A stretch of 64,000 nucleotides of DNA, counting the filler, from Basidiobolus ranarum (taxonomy: Eukaryota): assembly GCA_040143965.1 (NCBI GenBank). It is 11 parts of 11 records of this genome, joined end to end, with 100 filler letters (N's around TTAATTAATTAA, not from the genome) between each part and the next. Parts side by side here need not be neighbours in the genome. Positions count along the whole stretch, not along the records: positions 46,811 to 52,549 come from JASJQH010008388.1; positions 52,650 to 58,385 come from JASJQH010008389.1; positions 58,486 to 64,000 come from JASJQH010008448.1; 8 more parts are not named here. One strand, 5' to 3'. The notes below the pieces were generated by a model. The model did no database searches and was not told the origin of the DNA. It saw only the letters and a list, made by a program, of their open reading frames with translations. Below are positions 46,811-58,548 of this stretch, in pieces. Numbering within the stretch: position 1 is the first letter of the stretch; each line of letters opens with the position of its first letter. Both the position numbers and the translations under genes were made by a program.

Positions 46811-49225
46811 GGAAATATAGTTTTACCTACTAAAAAGGAGAGTTTTTCTAAGTTCTTAGCAATGTATAATTCCAAAGCAAAGAAAGGTAAAATTATTTTA
46901 GATAAAGTAGAGCCGATAAATCATATCCGTTATCTTCAAATCAGTCATTTAATTTATTCTTAAACCAATAAGCATCATATAGCTTATAAAATTATCATGC
47001 ATTATAGTAGAATCTTTCAACAGGATAGCGTATTAGTTTGGTAGAGTAAGCCATGTTTCAATCATAACTTTAGCATGTGGAGAGAGCGAAGGGTCAATTG
47101 GATCGATGGCGGTAAGTGGAGTGTAGTGATTTTAAAGAGATAGAAAAGGAACTGATTAGAGCATGTTTTGAAGAGTGTTATCGGGATATTTTACACCCAG
47201 AATAATTCACATGACTAAAATACAAGGTGTTGCAGATATACAAATACCGGAAAGATATACAAGGATATCTAACACGGGCAGTGGAGTAACAGATAATATA
47301 TATTTTCCTATAGCAAGATTCCACTTCCATAATACCTGATAGAATATAACCAGAATTAACCATTGATAAAGGTATGGTAACTCCCATTTAGTTAATCCTA
47401 GTTTTACACATTGTTTAGTGAAATGGTGAATTATGATGATTGATAGTTACAGGATTCGATATCAATATTTGTCAATTTGTTAATATCTAGAATAGTCTTT
47501 ATCCTCTCAACTCCACCAACCTGAAATATTTAGGTTACAGTGTTTCATAGAGGAAATTGGAATATGGAGATATACAACAACTGTGCCATGAAAAGTGAAA
47601 GTTTGATTTTCTTCTGAAATCCAGAAAATATACTGGACTTTTCTAAGTTTTATCAGGTACTGCATATGCTATTTAAACCACAACTGCTAAACGTTATGTT
47701 TTAATAGAAGATAACAAAATAACAAGAGTTAACTGGATGCTGTCCCAATTGACAAGCTGCTGTGCAATAATATAAGAGGCTGACCAACTACTACTCCCAT
47801 ATACCTTAAGGAAAATGTGTTAAGAATCAAAAAAACATTTATCTGAAGGAGAAGGACATTGCTTACAACTACTCCATGTAGTTACCTGAAGGGTTTTTAA
47901 CTAATTAGCTCATTCAATTAGTGTATTCAAGTCCCAGTGTTTTTTAGTAAATTTTGGGACATAAAGAATAAGGAACACACATCTTTATATGAAATATAGA
48001 GAATACAAAGTACATGTCAGAAGCAATGTTTATGCTTAGTTAATCCTCAATATCGATGGGTTTTGCCATAAATCCCTCAAACTGGATATTAGTGCTTGCA
48101 GTTATACAAATATGTTATTCCTACTGTTCTCTGGTTTGTATACCTAGTAAGCGGAGTTAACTGGATTTTTGTAAGAATACTCCAAGCAAATCAATTTCTT
48201 TCTTGTCCAAATGTTACTTAACATTCATAGGCCAAGGTTGTTACACACTGATAACATGATTCTGTTATTAGTTCGATTTTACAATGAGGTGGTGAAGAAA
48301 ATCTGATATACGTTTTCATAGTAGAGTGGTAGAGAGAGCCCAATAAATTGGCAATATATTTAGATATCCTGATGTGACAAAAATTTCGAGAGTGATGTTG
48401 TATGAAGAAAGAGACCATACCAGCTCATATACACATTCATTTAGTCATCGTTAGATCAACCGATAACATCAATAATACAAGAATCATTGATGAAACGGAC
48501 ATTTGCTTTTCTTGGTGATTCGGTTTCTCTATTTTGAGGATTCAATGAATTTCTGTTATGTTGTAAAACAGGTAGCTATGTCGGCTAATTCATCTTGTCA
48601 TAGAGTGGTCTCAACTCTCCCCGGCGACACCTATATTGGCTTCAAGTTGCCTCCACATTTAAAAATCCGCGTGTTGCCCTCATAAATGGCGATCATTATG
48701 ACTATAAAGTGTTCATACAACCTGTAAGCCCCATTTTACCAGGTAGAAATTCTATCTGTTCCATGACTGGCATCATGAATATCTAAAACACCAGCAATAG
48801 TGAGCTTATGGGCTGGTATATATATATATATGAGAAATTGCTTTTATTCCTTTGCTCACAAAATAATTTGCCAATAAGAGGTTAAATATTATTTCTACAC
48901 GTGCTACCTAAATCTAACATTCATTATAGATATTAGTAGAAATATTCATCTCCAACATATATCCAAATGAGTACCGATAGTCCGGTATTTTGGTAGCAAT
49001 ATGACTAAAAGTAGAATCGTTCGAAAGAGCACGCATACTGGCGACAATGTGATGCTGTGACTTACACAGGTCTATATTTAGTGTCAACTTGTCGTAAAAC
49101 TTAGGTCAGATTTAGCTCAATATTCCCATCCTTTGCAAGTGAATTTTTTAATGGTTCATAATAGATATTCACCGTTCCGACAATCGGTTACGGGAATAGT
49201 GGTTTATTTCTCAAGTGGGACAGCT

Positions 49226-50176
49226 TTACTTTAATGGGTATTTAATGCTGCTGCTACAAGAATGGCTGCCCTTGAAACTATCGGGGACATAGGTATCTCT
49301 ACCCTTGACATGGAAGTAGGTCCAGATCTCGTTGATAGTACCAGATTTGCATTTGAAATAAGGTGTGATGCCAAGTGCACTTTTGATAGCGTTGGCCATG
49401 GCAGTTTGAGTATATGTACCACCAGGTACGATGCCAGCTTTAGCTAGAGCTCCATGTAGATTATATTTTGAACGAAGGCTTAAGACACTTTGGAAGTAAT
49501 CAATCATGTCCTCATACTTCTGGTAACTGGAGCCATAGCATTTGGGACTCAATGTGGATACGCAAGTTCCATGCTTGCCCCATTCATGCTCCCTATATTG
49601 TTGATAGTGTGTGTTAATTCAAATGGATAAACAACTGATTCAGTAATGTGATATAGAGGAATCGCTAACCAGAAAGCGCTATTGTCACCATTATACGACG
49701 GCCAGTAGGTGTTCATTTGACTGTAAAGACTGCTGTTGGAACTTTGTAGGATTGTACCTACATTCTTGTACGCCCGAGAGGTGTCGCAGCCATTAGCAGG
49801 GCCTTGACCACCAGAGCTGATATGATCAAGCACGATGTTAGTAAGCAAGTGGTATGGGTTGGTGTGATACATGTATGTAAGCTTACCAGGTGTTTGGCCA
49901 TAGTCCGTGGAGGGTAAAAGCGTCTTTAGGACCATAACCAGGGATCCACTATAATTCAGAAGAAAAGTACATTTGTTAGTATAGATCATTACGTTTGGAG
50001 AACTCTGGTATTCTACATACTTGCTGAGTAAGAACGATTACACCATATGAAGGAACACAGCATGAGTCTGCGTTGGAAATAGTGCAGGAGATGCTGTCAA
50101 TGGGACAGGAGTCCTGAGCGAAAACAGATGCTGAAGTAGCGAAAGCGCCAAATGCCAGGAAGATCGAGAGCTTCAT
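49226..50176 (-). CDS. Secreted ribonuclease T2 (RNase Rh-like), 4 exons
   Basis: Signal peptide, CAS I FTLHGLWP, CAS II FWEHEWGKHGTC; GT-AG introns 49949-50020, 49817-49886 and 49593-49669. Confidence 0.95.
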
Positions 50177-51301
50177 ATCTTGAGGCAGGAGAGAGATACT
50201 AGGGTATGATGAAATATTGATTCCTACTCGCTAGTTTTATATCGTTTGACCAACAGCCTGGAAGTGGAGTTTGTCCACCAAATCCTAAATAAAAATACTG
50301 ATGATAATTTTAACAGTATACTCACTTGTCGTATCTGAGGAGGCGTGAATTGCATTCCAAGTATTTTAATTACTGAAGCAAAGTTTTCTATTTACCGGTA
50401 TACGTACATAAATGATTGACTCGACTCCCAGTTGACGAGGGTGCACTAGTCACGTACCTCATCGTGAGCACTTGCTGAGCAAAGGTTGGCTAGTGATATA
50501 GAATCTTTCCATTAACGGGCATTTCGGAAAGATAATTTAGATCCATATTTAACTCTTGGCTTTTGAATCCTATAGTGTAGTTATAATTCAAGATTCGATA
50601 ATCTCAACCATGCTTACTGAGATGACTTACTATTGGCTAATTATTTGCCACTAGTATTTTTCATTACGTTCGTTGCACACATTAGATATGATACTAGACC
50701 AGAAGCGAAATTTTCAGTATTTTTATAATGAAAATGAAGAGTGCGAAAATTCTGCTTCCAACTTGAAATTGTGCCCTTTATCACTGCGTGTATGGACTAA
50801 AACTACCTTTATTATGTAGTCACCATTGCTTGTTTCGGATGGCTAAAAGCTGAGTTGCAAGTGCAGTATTCATGTCGATCCCTTTCTTTCGGGTTCCACA
50901 AACTCTTGTCCTTCATCAGTAGCAGATACGGGTGAGTTTATCCAGGTATTAGCTGATTTGGTCCAGGCTGATAAAACTTGTAAGATGTACGTATTCTATG
51001 CAAGGTTCAACAATCACCTAAAGTGGCAATATTATTGATGTACAAGATATTGATAACTTTGTAAAATTAACTTGTTATATATGTAAGTAAATTTGCTAAA
51101 TTCGCTAGAAACTAAAAGCTTAATTTATTGAAGAATGTGATTAACTAATTTATGCTGTAAGCGTGAACTTTCTATTTTCAATAACTTTTCTCCTTTAGAG
51201 CCATCACCTTTGTGGTTATCTCCACTATATTGTTGATCATCCTCGCCTCCACCACTGGCATTATGCTCTTTATTGTTGTAATTTTGTCCAGCATTTTTAG
51301 T

Positions 51302-51820
51302 TTAGCCACTGAAGGCTGAATCATAGTCGTCATCACTGCCCTCTTCTCCGTGAACGCCAGCAATACCGCTATCGTACATACTTGAGCTATAACTTTCACC
51401 AGCGGCACCGCCATTACTACCATTTTTATAATACTCTTCAGAATCATAATTACCTTCACCATCAGCACTACCACTCCCATGCCCATCAGATTCATAACTG
51501 ATGTTACTACCACTACCACTACCACTACCATGATAATCACCTTCATAATTATCCTTATTGCCGCCTTCTCCAGAGATGTAGTAGATGTCGGGCTCACCTC
51601 CACCACCACTATCGTCATGGATCTCATAGTCATCTACCTGATGACTTTTGGCAATACCTCCATCTGACCCAGCGTATTGGTAGTCAGTTTCTTTACCATC
51701 GGGATAACCTCTATCGTAGTCTTCGACACTGTGACCTCCACCAGAACTACCAACATTGTAAGTTGGTAAAGAAGCTACAGTAGCAAGGAAGAGTAAAGAA
51801 GCAATAAGTGTAACTTTCAT
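51302..51820 (-). CDS. Secreted Gly/Ser/Asp/Tyr-rich low-complexity protein (possibly truncated by a premature stop)
   Basis: ATG at 51820 gives the signal peptide MKVTLIASLLFLATVASLP followed by G/S/D/E/Y-rich repeats; the same frame and composition continue past TAA 51302-51304. Confidence 0.7.
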   Translation of the reverse strand: MKVTLIASLLFLATVASLPTYNVGSSGGGHSVEDYDRGYPDGKETDYQYAGSDGGIAKSHQVDDYEIHDDSGGGGEPDIYYISGEGGNKDNYEGDYHGSGSGSGSNISYESDGHGSGSADGEGNYDSEEYYKNGSNGGAAGESYSSSMYDSGIAGVHGEEGSDDDYDSAFSG

Positions 51821-52549
51821 GTTAATGAGTTGATAATCGCTAGCAATCAAGTCGAATAATATATTTCTGGTCAAAATCTTAGGTAATTTTATACTTGCGA
51901 AAACACAATTAAAAGTATAAAGAAGTAAAACAACTTGTTTTAATCCCTGAATTCCTACAGTTTCCAAGTTAAATCAGTTATATTTTAACAAAATTAATGT
52001 ATGACATCAACTTCTACACATTAATGCGGGTGACATATATATGAAGGGATTATCCAAGAAATTTGTCCCCATCTGTGGTTAAGATTTGTCAGTGTTTTGG
52101 TCAGATTAATTCTCAAGTATGTTATGATGAATTGATATATCTTTGAGACAAAGGAATGTTGAAACGCATGTAATATGCTTCGATGTTAGTGTCTCAGCAA
52201 TATATTGAATCCGCACAGACAAGAGTCGCATACGATTTTCGTGATAACTACGAGACGCAGGAGGTTGCAAACAAGAAGTAGTTCACCAAAATTCATAATT
52301 CAACTAGTAAGTATTATCAATGTAAAACACTCATAATTAAACTAGTATATGTTGTAAATTTAATATTACCAATTTACTTATCACGACGTCCATCCATTGC
52401 ATACTAAGTCTCAAGTAGAGGAAGATACAGAATCAACTTTAAGCTGTTGCCTAACAGCTTGCATAAGAGAATGGAAGCAACATTCTAAACATGTCGAAAG
52501 GTAGAAGTAGAGGTATCCTGAACTGAATTAAAAGTGGGCATGTGCATGA

Positions 52550-52649
52550 NNNNNNNNNNNNNNNNNNNNNNNNNNNNNNNNNNNNNNNNNNNNTTAATTA
52601 ATTAANNNNNNNNNNNNNNNNNNNNNNNNNNNNNNNNNNNNNNNNNNNN
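52550..52649. other. Artificial contig linker
   Basis: N44-TTAATTAATTAA-N44. Confidence 0.99.
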
Positions 52650-53887
52650 CTGCGAGGTCTAATTTCATTTTCAAAGTACTCTTTAACGCTTTTACGAATG
52701 TCTAATGCACAACCATACGAAAGGGTATAACCTGAGCCACCATGGCCATAATTGTGGAAAATCTTGGGATTTTTGTCATCTTGACCTACACGGGGCTCAT
52801 CACGGAATGGGCGAATTCCAACGCGATAATAATAATCCGTGAATTCAGCTTTCGCTAGATCAGGATAGAGATTAACACATCCAGCCTTCATTCTCTCCAA
52901 GTATTGATGTTCTTTTTCGTTCCATTCTAATGTTTCTTCTCCCATTTGGGCATAACCGCCGAGAATAAGGATATCATCATTTCTAGGTACGATGAACTCG
53001 AATCTTCCTTCCTCGGCCTTTCTCTTCTCTTCAGCAGTGGCATTGGCATCAGCATCACGCTGAGAGATGGAGATGCAACTTTCAATTTTCTTGAATTGTT
53101 TTCCATCATTCTTGGCATGAATCAGGATACCACGGAGAGGCTTCATTTTTTCATCGCCACATAGCTCTCTTGAAGTCATACCAGTACAGTTGACGATGAT
53201 ATCAGCCTTGAATCGCTTCAACAAATCCGGAGCTTCTTCGTAAAGAGTGTCTTCAACGACACCCTGAAGAAGAGCAACATCCTTATCCTCAACTAATCGT
53301 TTCAACCAATGAAGATAGTTTCCAGGATCAACGACGTATGACAAATGCTCGTAGCCCTCAACAATGTTGTAACCCTTCTTCGCAGGATTTGTATTGATAT
53401 TGTATTTCTTGATCAGACCTTGAACATCATCATTAAATCCGTCACACACCACTTCAATTTCATTCTTCTTTTTCAAGCCTCCAGTGGTTAATTTACGATC
53501 AAATAGGAAACACGACATACGTTTACGAATACCAGTATCTTCCGCACCGAATTTATCAGCAATATTCTTGAATTGCAGGTAGGAAATCTGACACCAGCGT
53601 TGTAAATTTTTCAACTGTGCATCAGTATCCTTTCCATGGGAGCCACAGACTGCAGGCGGCCATTCCCATAACGCGCCAGCAATCTCAGAGACGATCTCGT
53701 TTCCATGGGCACCACGTTGAGCATATTGCTTGGCTAGAACAGTGACTTTGCATCCAGAATTACATAAAGTCCAAGCCGTAGTGAGACCAGAAACACCTCC
53801 TCCGATAATAAGAACATGGGGTTTGCTACCATCTCCACGAGTGATTTTTACTCTCTTGTAAAGGTCTCCGGAATCCATTTTTTGCAT
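52650..53887 (-). CDS. FAD-dependent D-amino acid oxidase family protein (intronless; last few codons cut)
   Basis: VLIIGGGVSGLTTA Rossmann motif, S.IAGALWEWPP, IVNCTG, PLRG, IVPR, VGIRPFR, HNYGHGGSGYTLSYGCA. Confidence 0.92.
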
Positions 53888-56327
53888 CTTGAGTTATTCA
53901 AAGGCTCTTGACAAATATTAGTGAATACGGAAGTAGCTAAATGCCAGATGATATGTTGAATGCTGGTCAATAGTTTCATTTATATATCTTCCAAGTGAAA
54001 AAGTATCAGCCAGCATCTTGAATTGTGTAACTAGTACCATATCCTATTGCGAAGTCATAAAGTTTCCCAACTCTTCGACGGAAATCAGGCTATTGAGCCT
54101 GTTAGGAGGTATTGAAACCTTGGCTATGTCAAACGTGAGAGAGTGAGATTTGACTCGCAAGGATATAGATTAGTGAAGTATACATTCATCCCCAAGTGAT
54201 GGTAAATTAGGGCTTGTATATATATATGTATTGCTTAATTCATGAGAATGAATCGGATAAAATCATGAATCTAACGTTACTAAGGAATATGGTTTGAGCC
54301 TATATTTTATGAATATACAGCAAAATGTGTACCACATATACCAGTTTGTTATTGTTAATACAATGGATGTATCCAGGGGACGCTATTCTAATTATGGAAA
54401 AATGGAAAATTTTGGAGTCCACATTCTGTAACTGAAATTCCCTTTTACATATCACGTCTTCAGTGTATGAAGTATCTTGTAATGCTAAAATTCAAGCGAT
54501 GAGCTGCATGCAGAACATTCCGAGTTATATTTGGCTATAAGAGACAGTCTAGACACTCTCCTTTAGAATACCCCACTTAATACATTTAAAAGCTTTGCTA
54601 ATGGTTTTTCCCATGAATTTTTTTATTGTTATCTATGCACCTATTACTAGCAAGAAACATAATGGCTGGTAAAAGCAGCAGTCGATATTGTGCACACATG
54701 TCTGTTTCATCGACTAATAAAGGAAACAATACATCAACTCTTACTCGTAATAGAGAGGAAGTCGACACAAGCTTAGCCCTATCGTGGCTCAGGTCAATAT
54801 TTAATTAATTGTCCCATCCTCAAGTTTAAACTCTCTTAATCTAATATTACCAGCACAGTGATTTGTTCGCCATTTCGGTCATTATGATCGAAGTGACTAA
54901 ACCCAGTAAAGCAGTTTTAGAATAACATGCTAGAATAACTGTTCCATAGGAATATTAGTTCTTTGTACAATATAACCAATGATATAATGCTCATAGAGAG
55001 ATGTCCTAGACTCAGGCTGAGTGGAATAAATTTATTAGGTAAATCGACACACACGGTATGAGGTGTATATAAGGGTGTATTTGTGCGGAATTTTTAACTT
55101 AAATCTTCTTACGTTAGGAAACCAATCAAATGGCTAATATGTGGTTAACTTATAAAATTGTTTCAACATTGATGATAATAGTAATACAATTAGTTCGCAA
55201 TACAGTAGCTCTGGAATAAAGATCTGCAGATTATAAGGTTTGCAGAGCCCGAAGGTTCACATACTAGAGCTGCAGTGAAATATAATGAAGGTACAGAGAA
55301 TAGCCATGTTGTATTAAATTCTGCAAATGAGTAAATGATGGCTTTGCTTGTGGTGTATGAATATTTGCATTCTCAGAATCTCTTAGACATGCTACCTCGT
55401 ATCCCACCAAAATAGAATCACAATAACGCCCAAACCTGTGGTCTCTAACTTGACATTACTAACACTATGGTCAAGAATAGCTATAAGCCAATTTTCCCAC
55501 AACCCATGATGCCTTATTTACGATACGCGGGATAACATCGAATCGTCATTAAAATTGGCTTTTATGTCAGAAAGAGGTTGATTTCAAATATGTAACTGTA
55601 ACCATAATTGTAACAGAACTCGTAACACGTAGTCGAAGCACTATTCGGATTGCTGTGTCATGCATCTCGTAACAATCAATTAATAACCAGCAGCTGAATC
55701 AATTAATAACTTACAACAATAACTTACTAATGCGACCAGTTATTATCCTATCTCACGTGTAAAAGCCTAGCATTCACCATGCTGCATTATGGTTTTATCT
55801 CTTTCGTAATCGGGTATACCAAGTAATTTACCTCCAACTCATAACCCGGCCATCTAATGTTCGGAACTCTGAACTTGATATCAGTCACCACTAGATAGAA
55901 ATCATCAAAGTAAAACTCAACGATCCATGTCTAATGATGCATGGAATATCTCAATAAATTCTGTTACATTATGGCTGACAAAAGCATTTGATGTTCAGTA
56001 ACTGGATCACTTCAAGCCTAACTTGAACTAAGCGCAATATTTATTTCAAGAGCTTTAATATTGTTAAAGAGAGCTTCAGGGTAAATGACTTGCCAAGAAG
56101 ACGGAAGGGCTGCTTTGATGTCAACCCAACTACATCAACAGCATATTACCCAGACCGCTTCAATCAACAATCATCTCCCTCATCTTGACAGTGCGTATGT
56201 CTCAAAGGCAGGTGCAGCTAGTACCAATCTTGTACGTATAGCAGGCTTGGATGTTTATTAAGCTTTTAATCATCAAACTTCAAAGGTGCTGACGGATAAT
56301 GTTAGTAGTATCATATATCAGTTGCGA

Positions 56328-57545
56328 TCAAAGGCCAAAGAATTCCAATGTTTTCGTTAAGGAGGCGACAGCCGTGGTATAGCTGCGCTCATCCTGTTCA
56401 GTCCAGTTCTCTCTTGGATTTTCTCGCAACCACCAAGGTGCTATGTTGGCCTGAGCGTGGTACAGCATCGTCTTCCATATATGATTGTTGTCTATTGGAA
56501 TTCCATTGCGTTTCAACTCGGCAAATAACAAGTTGCGAAGTTCAGCTTGGCTCTCGGTCAGGTTTTTAACTTTTGTTTGCTCCTTCTCATCAAATGGATC
56601 CTCTGATCGCGCAAATAGCCATTCGAATCCTGCGCACCATTCGTTTTCCGAAGGAAATGCACCCGCAAATTCAAAATCATGTAAGCCAGTGATATGAGTT
56701 CCTATAACTAGCATGTTTCTTGACTCGAAATCTCCGTGCAAAAATGAGATTGGTCGTTCCTTTGCTTCATCAACGTCAGCCGAGTTGAACTTTTGCTCCA
56801 ATTCACCTGATCGGATCTTTTCCACAAGAAATTCTAATCGTGTCAAATTCTCTAAGATTTCATAGAAATTGTTTGCATTTTGCCTCAGAAGTTTAATCTC
56901 ATTTTCCATGTTGGAAGCAGTAAAGTCTCTCCAAGTGCCAAAGGCAGGCATACCACTCTCCATGAACTCCCCCACCTCAGGCTGACCATCCTTCCCCTTT
57001 ATAAAGTTCCCAATGGTAGTTAGTTTTATGGACCGTAAGGCTGCAAATATTTGAGCCACCTGTCGAACAATTATGCGCTTGTCATCCAGTGACAACTCAT
57101 CCCAAACTGAATCCATAGGAACTCCTGACAAGCGAGTCATGATGATGTAATCTTGTGGAATGATTTTTGTGTGAGCAATTGATTGAGATGTACATTCGCT
57201 TACGCCAATTACCTCTGGAAGTTGAACAATGTCCTCAAGAACTGTCTTTGCTAATTGAATTGCCATGGTCTCATTGGTGATCTTTTTGTGATCCCAAAAT
57301 TTACCACTGAGCCGAATAATATATTCAGACCCATCTGTACATCTTGCCATATACACTCGATTATTGTACCCACGTTTGAAATAAAACAGTTGATCAAGTT
57401 TCTTCTCAACATGGTGAGCGATCAGTCTGTCAGCGTCATCAAAACTAAGCGTGATACCCGTTCGAGGTCCGCTAGTTTCGTGATAAAGCTCGCGGGCAGT
57501 TATGAGATCCAACTCATTAGGAATGAGAATTAATGTGTCGTTCAT
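56328..57545 (-). CDS. Aminoglycoside phosphotransferase/choline kinase (APH) family protein (intronless, 405 aa)
   Basis: GYNNRVY, YIIRL, NE, P.V, YIIMTRL.G, Brenner motif HGDFESRNMLV, and G..DFEFA. Confidence 0.88.
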   Translation of the reverse strand: MNDTLILIPNELDLITARELYHETSGPRTGITLSFDDADRLIAHHVEKKLDQLFYFKRGYNNRVYMARCTDGSEYIIRLSGKFWDHKKITNETMAIQLAKTVLEDIVQLPEVIGVSECTSQSIAHTKIIPQDYIIMTRLSGVPMDSVWDELSLDDKRIIVRQVAQIFAALRSIKLTTIGNFIKGKDGQPEVGEFMESGMPAFGTWRDFTASNMENEIKLLRQNANNFYEILENLTRLEFLVEKIRSGELEQKFNSADVDEAKERPISFLHGDFESRNMLVIGTHITGLHDFEFAGAFPSENEWCAGFEWLFARSEDPFDEKEQTKVKNLTESQAELRNLLFAELKRNGIPIDNNHIWKTMLYHAQANIAPWWLRENPRENWTEQDERSYTTAVASLTKTLEFFGL

Positions 57546-58385
57546 ATGTATATCAGAAGAATAAATATCGAGTCTTCTGAATCAGTGAAGGGACTATGGT
57601 CCTATCCCCCCTCCCTACAGTAGTGCCCATTTTATATGCCATCTTTCTCGCTGAAACAGCTATATATAATGTATTACGGTTGACTATATTAATAGAGTAA
57701 TTACTGGATTACTACTGGGAGTAGGGTTCGGTATCCGCCCATTTTATGCCAAAATGCAGCTGGCATCACATTTTTGTTCAATAACTTTAATTGTGTCTGA
57801 CGCTGTTTATTACCAACTGGCGCAATCAATAGCTTGCTCGCAATCTGAATATATGTTATAGCATCACCTGGTGATTTATCCGCTGTCAATGCAGCTTGAA
57901 GATCAACATAGTTTTCACAGTTAATAGTTAGGGTGGAGAATCTAGAGAAACTATCAGATGTGTGGTAGTTATTATAGCAATGCATGCTAAATTATTCTTA
58001 CTCTTAAATATAAATGTTCTGGGAAGGGTAAAGATTCAATAAAGTTGGGGGATACTGTTCTCCCAGTATAAACAAAAAGGCTTGGACGAAGCAATCTCTG
58101 ATGTACTTTTGTTCGGAGAATTGGATAGGAGGAGTTTTCAGAAATGGCTTTATGATGGGTCTGAGAGATACAAACTAAGAGTATAGAAAAGTGACAATAC
58201 TTTTGAAGGTAAAGCTGAAACAAGTGATGGTATTGTGCTCAGACCATCTGTGGAAGTAAAATGAGGAATCTTGGGCTTAATTTTGATTACTTGGAATTTT
58301 CACTCTTCACTTGGCTAATTCCTCGATAATTCCCATAGATGCAACACTTGTTCAGATTTTGGATTATATATGACTTTGCTGAATA

Positions 58386-58485
58386 NNNNNNNNNNNNNNN
58401 NNNNNNNNNNNNNNNNNNNNNNNNNNNNNTTAATTAATTAANNNNNNNNNNNNNNNNNNNNNNNNNNNNNNNNNNNNNNNNNNNN
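58386..58485. other. Artificial contig linker
   Basis: N44-TTAATTAATTAA-N44. Confidence 0.99.
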
Positions 58486-58548
58486 GTTCTTTTCTTAGCA
58501 CCATATCGTGTACTTTACACCAATTATTAAATGAAAGTAGCTTCTTAG

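Noticed and set aside
47700..48250. Possible Gypsy gag/protease relic (KEKDIAYNY; LDISACS)
   Set aside because: Similarity too faint to support a call.
51178..51633. 151-aa Val/Met-rich ORF
   Set aside because: Alternative-frame shadow of the Gly/Asp/Tyr-rich gene.
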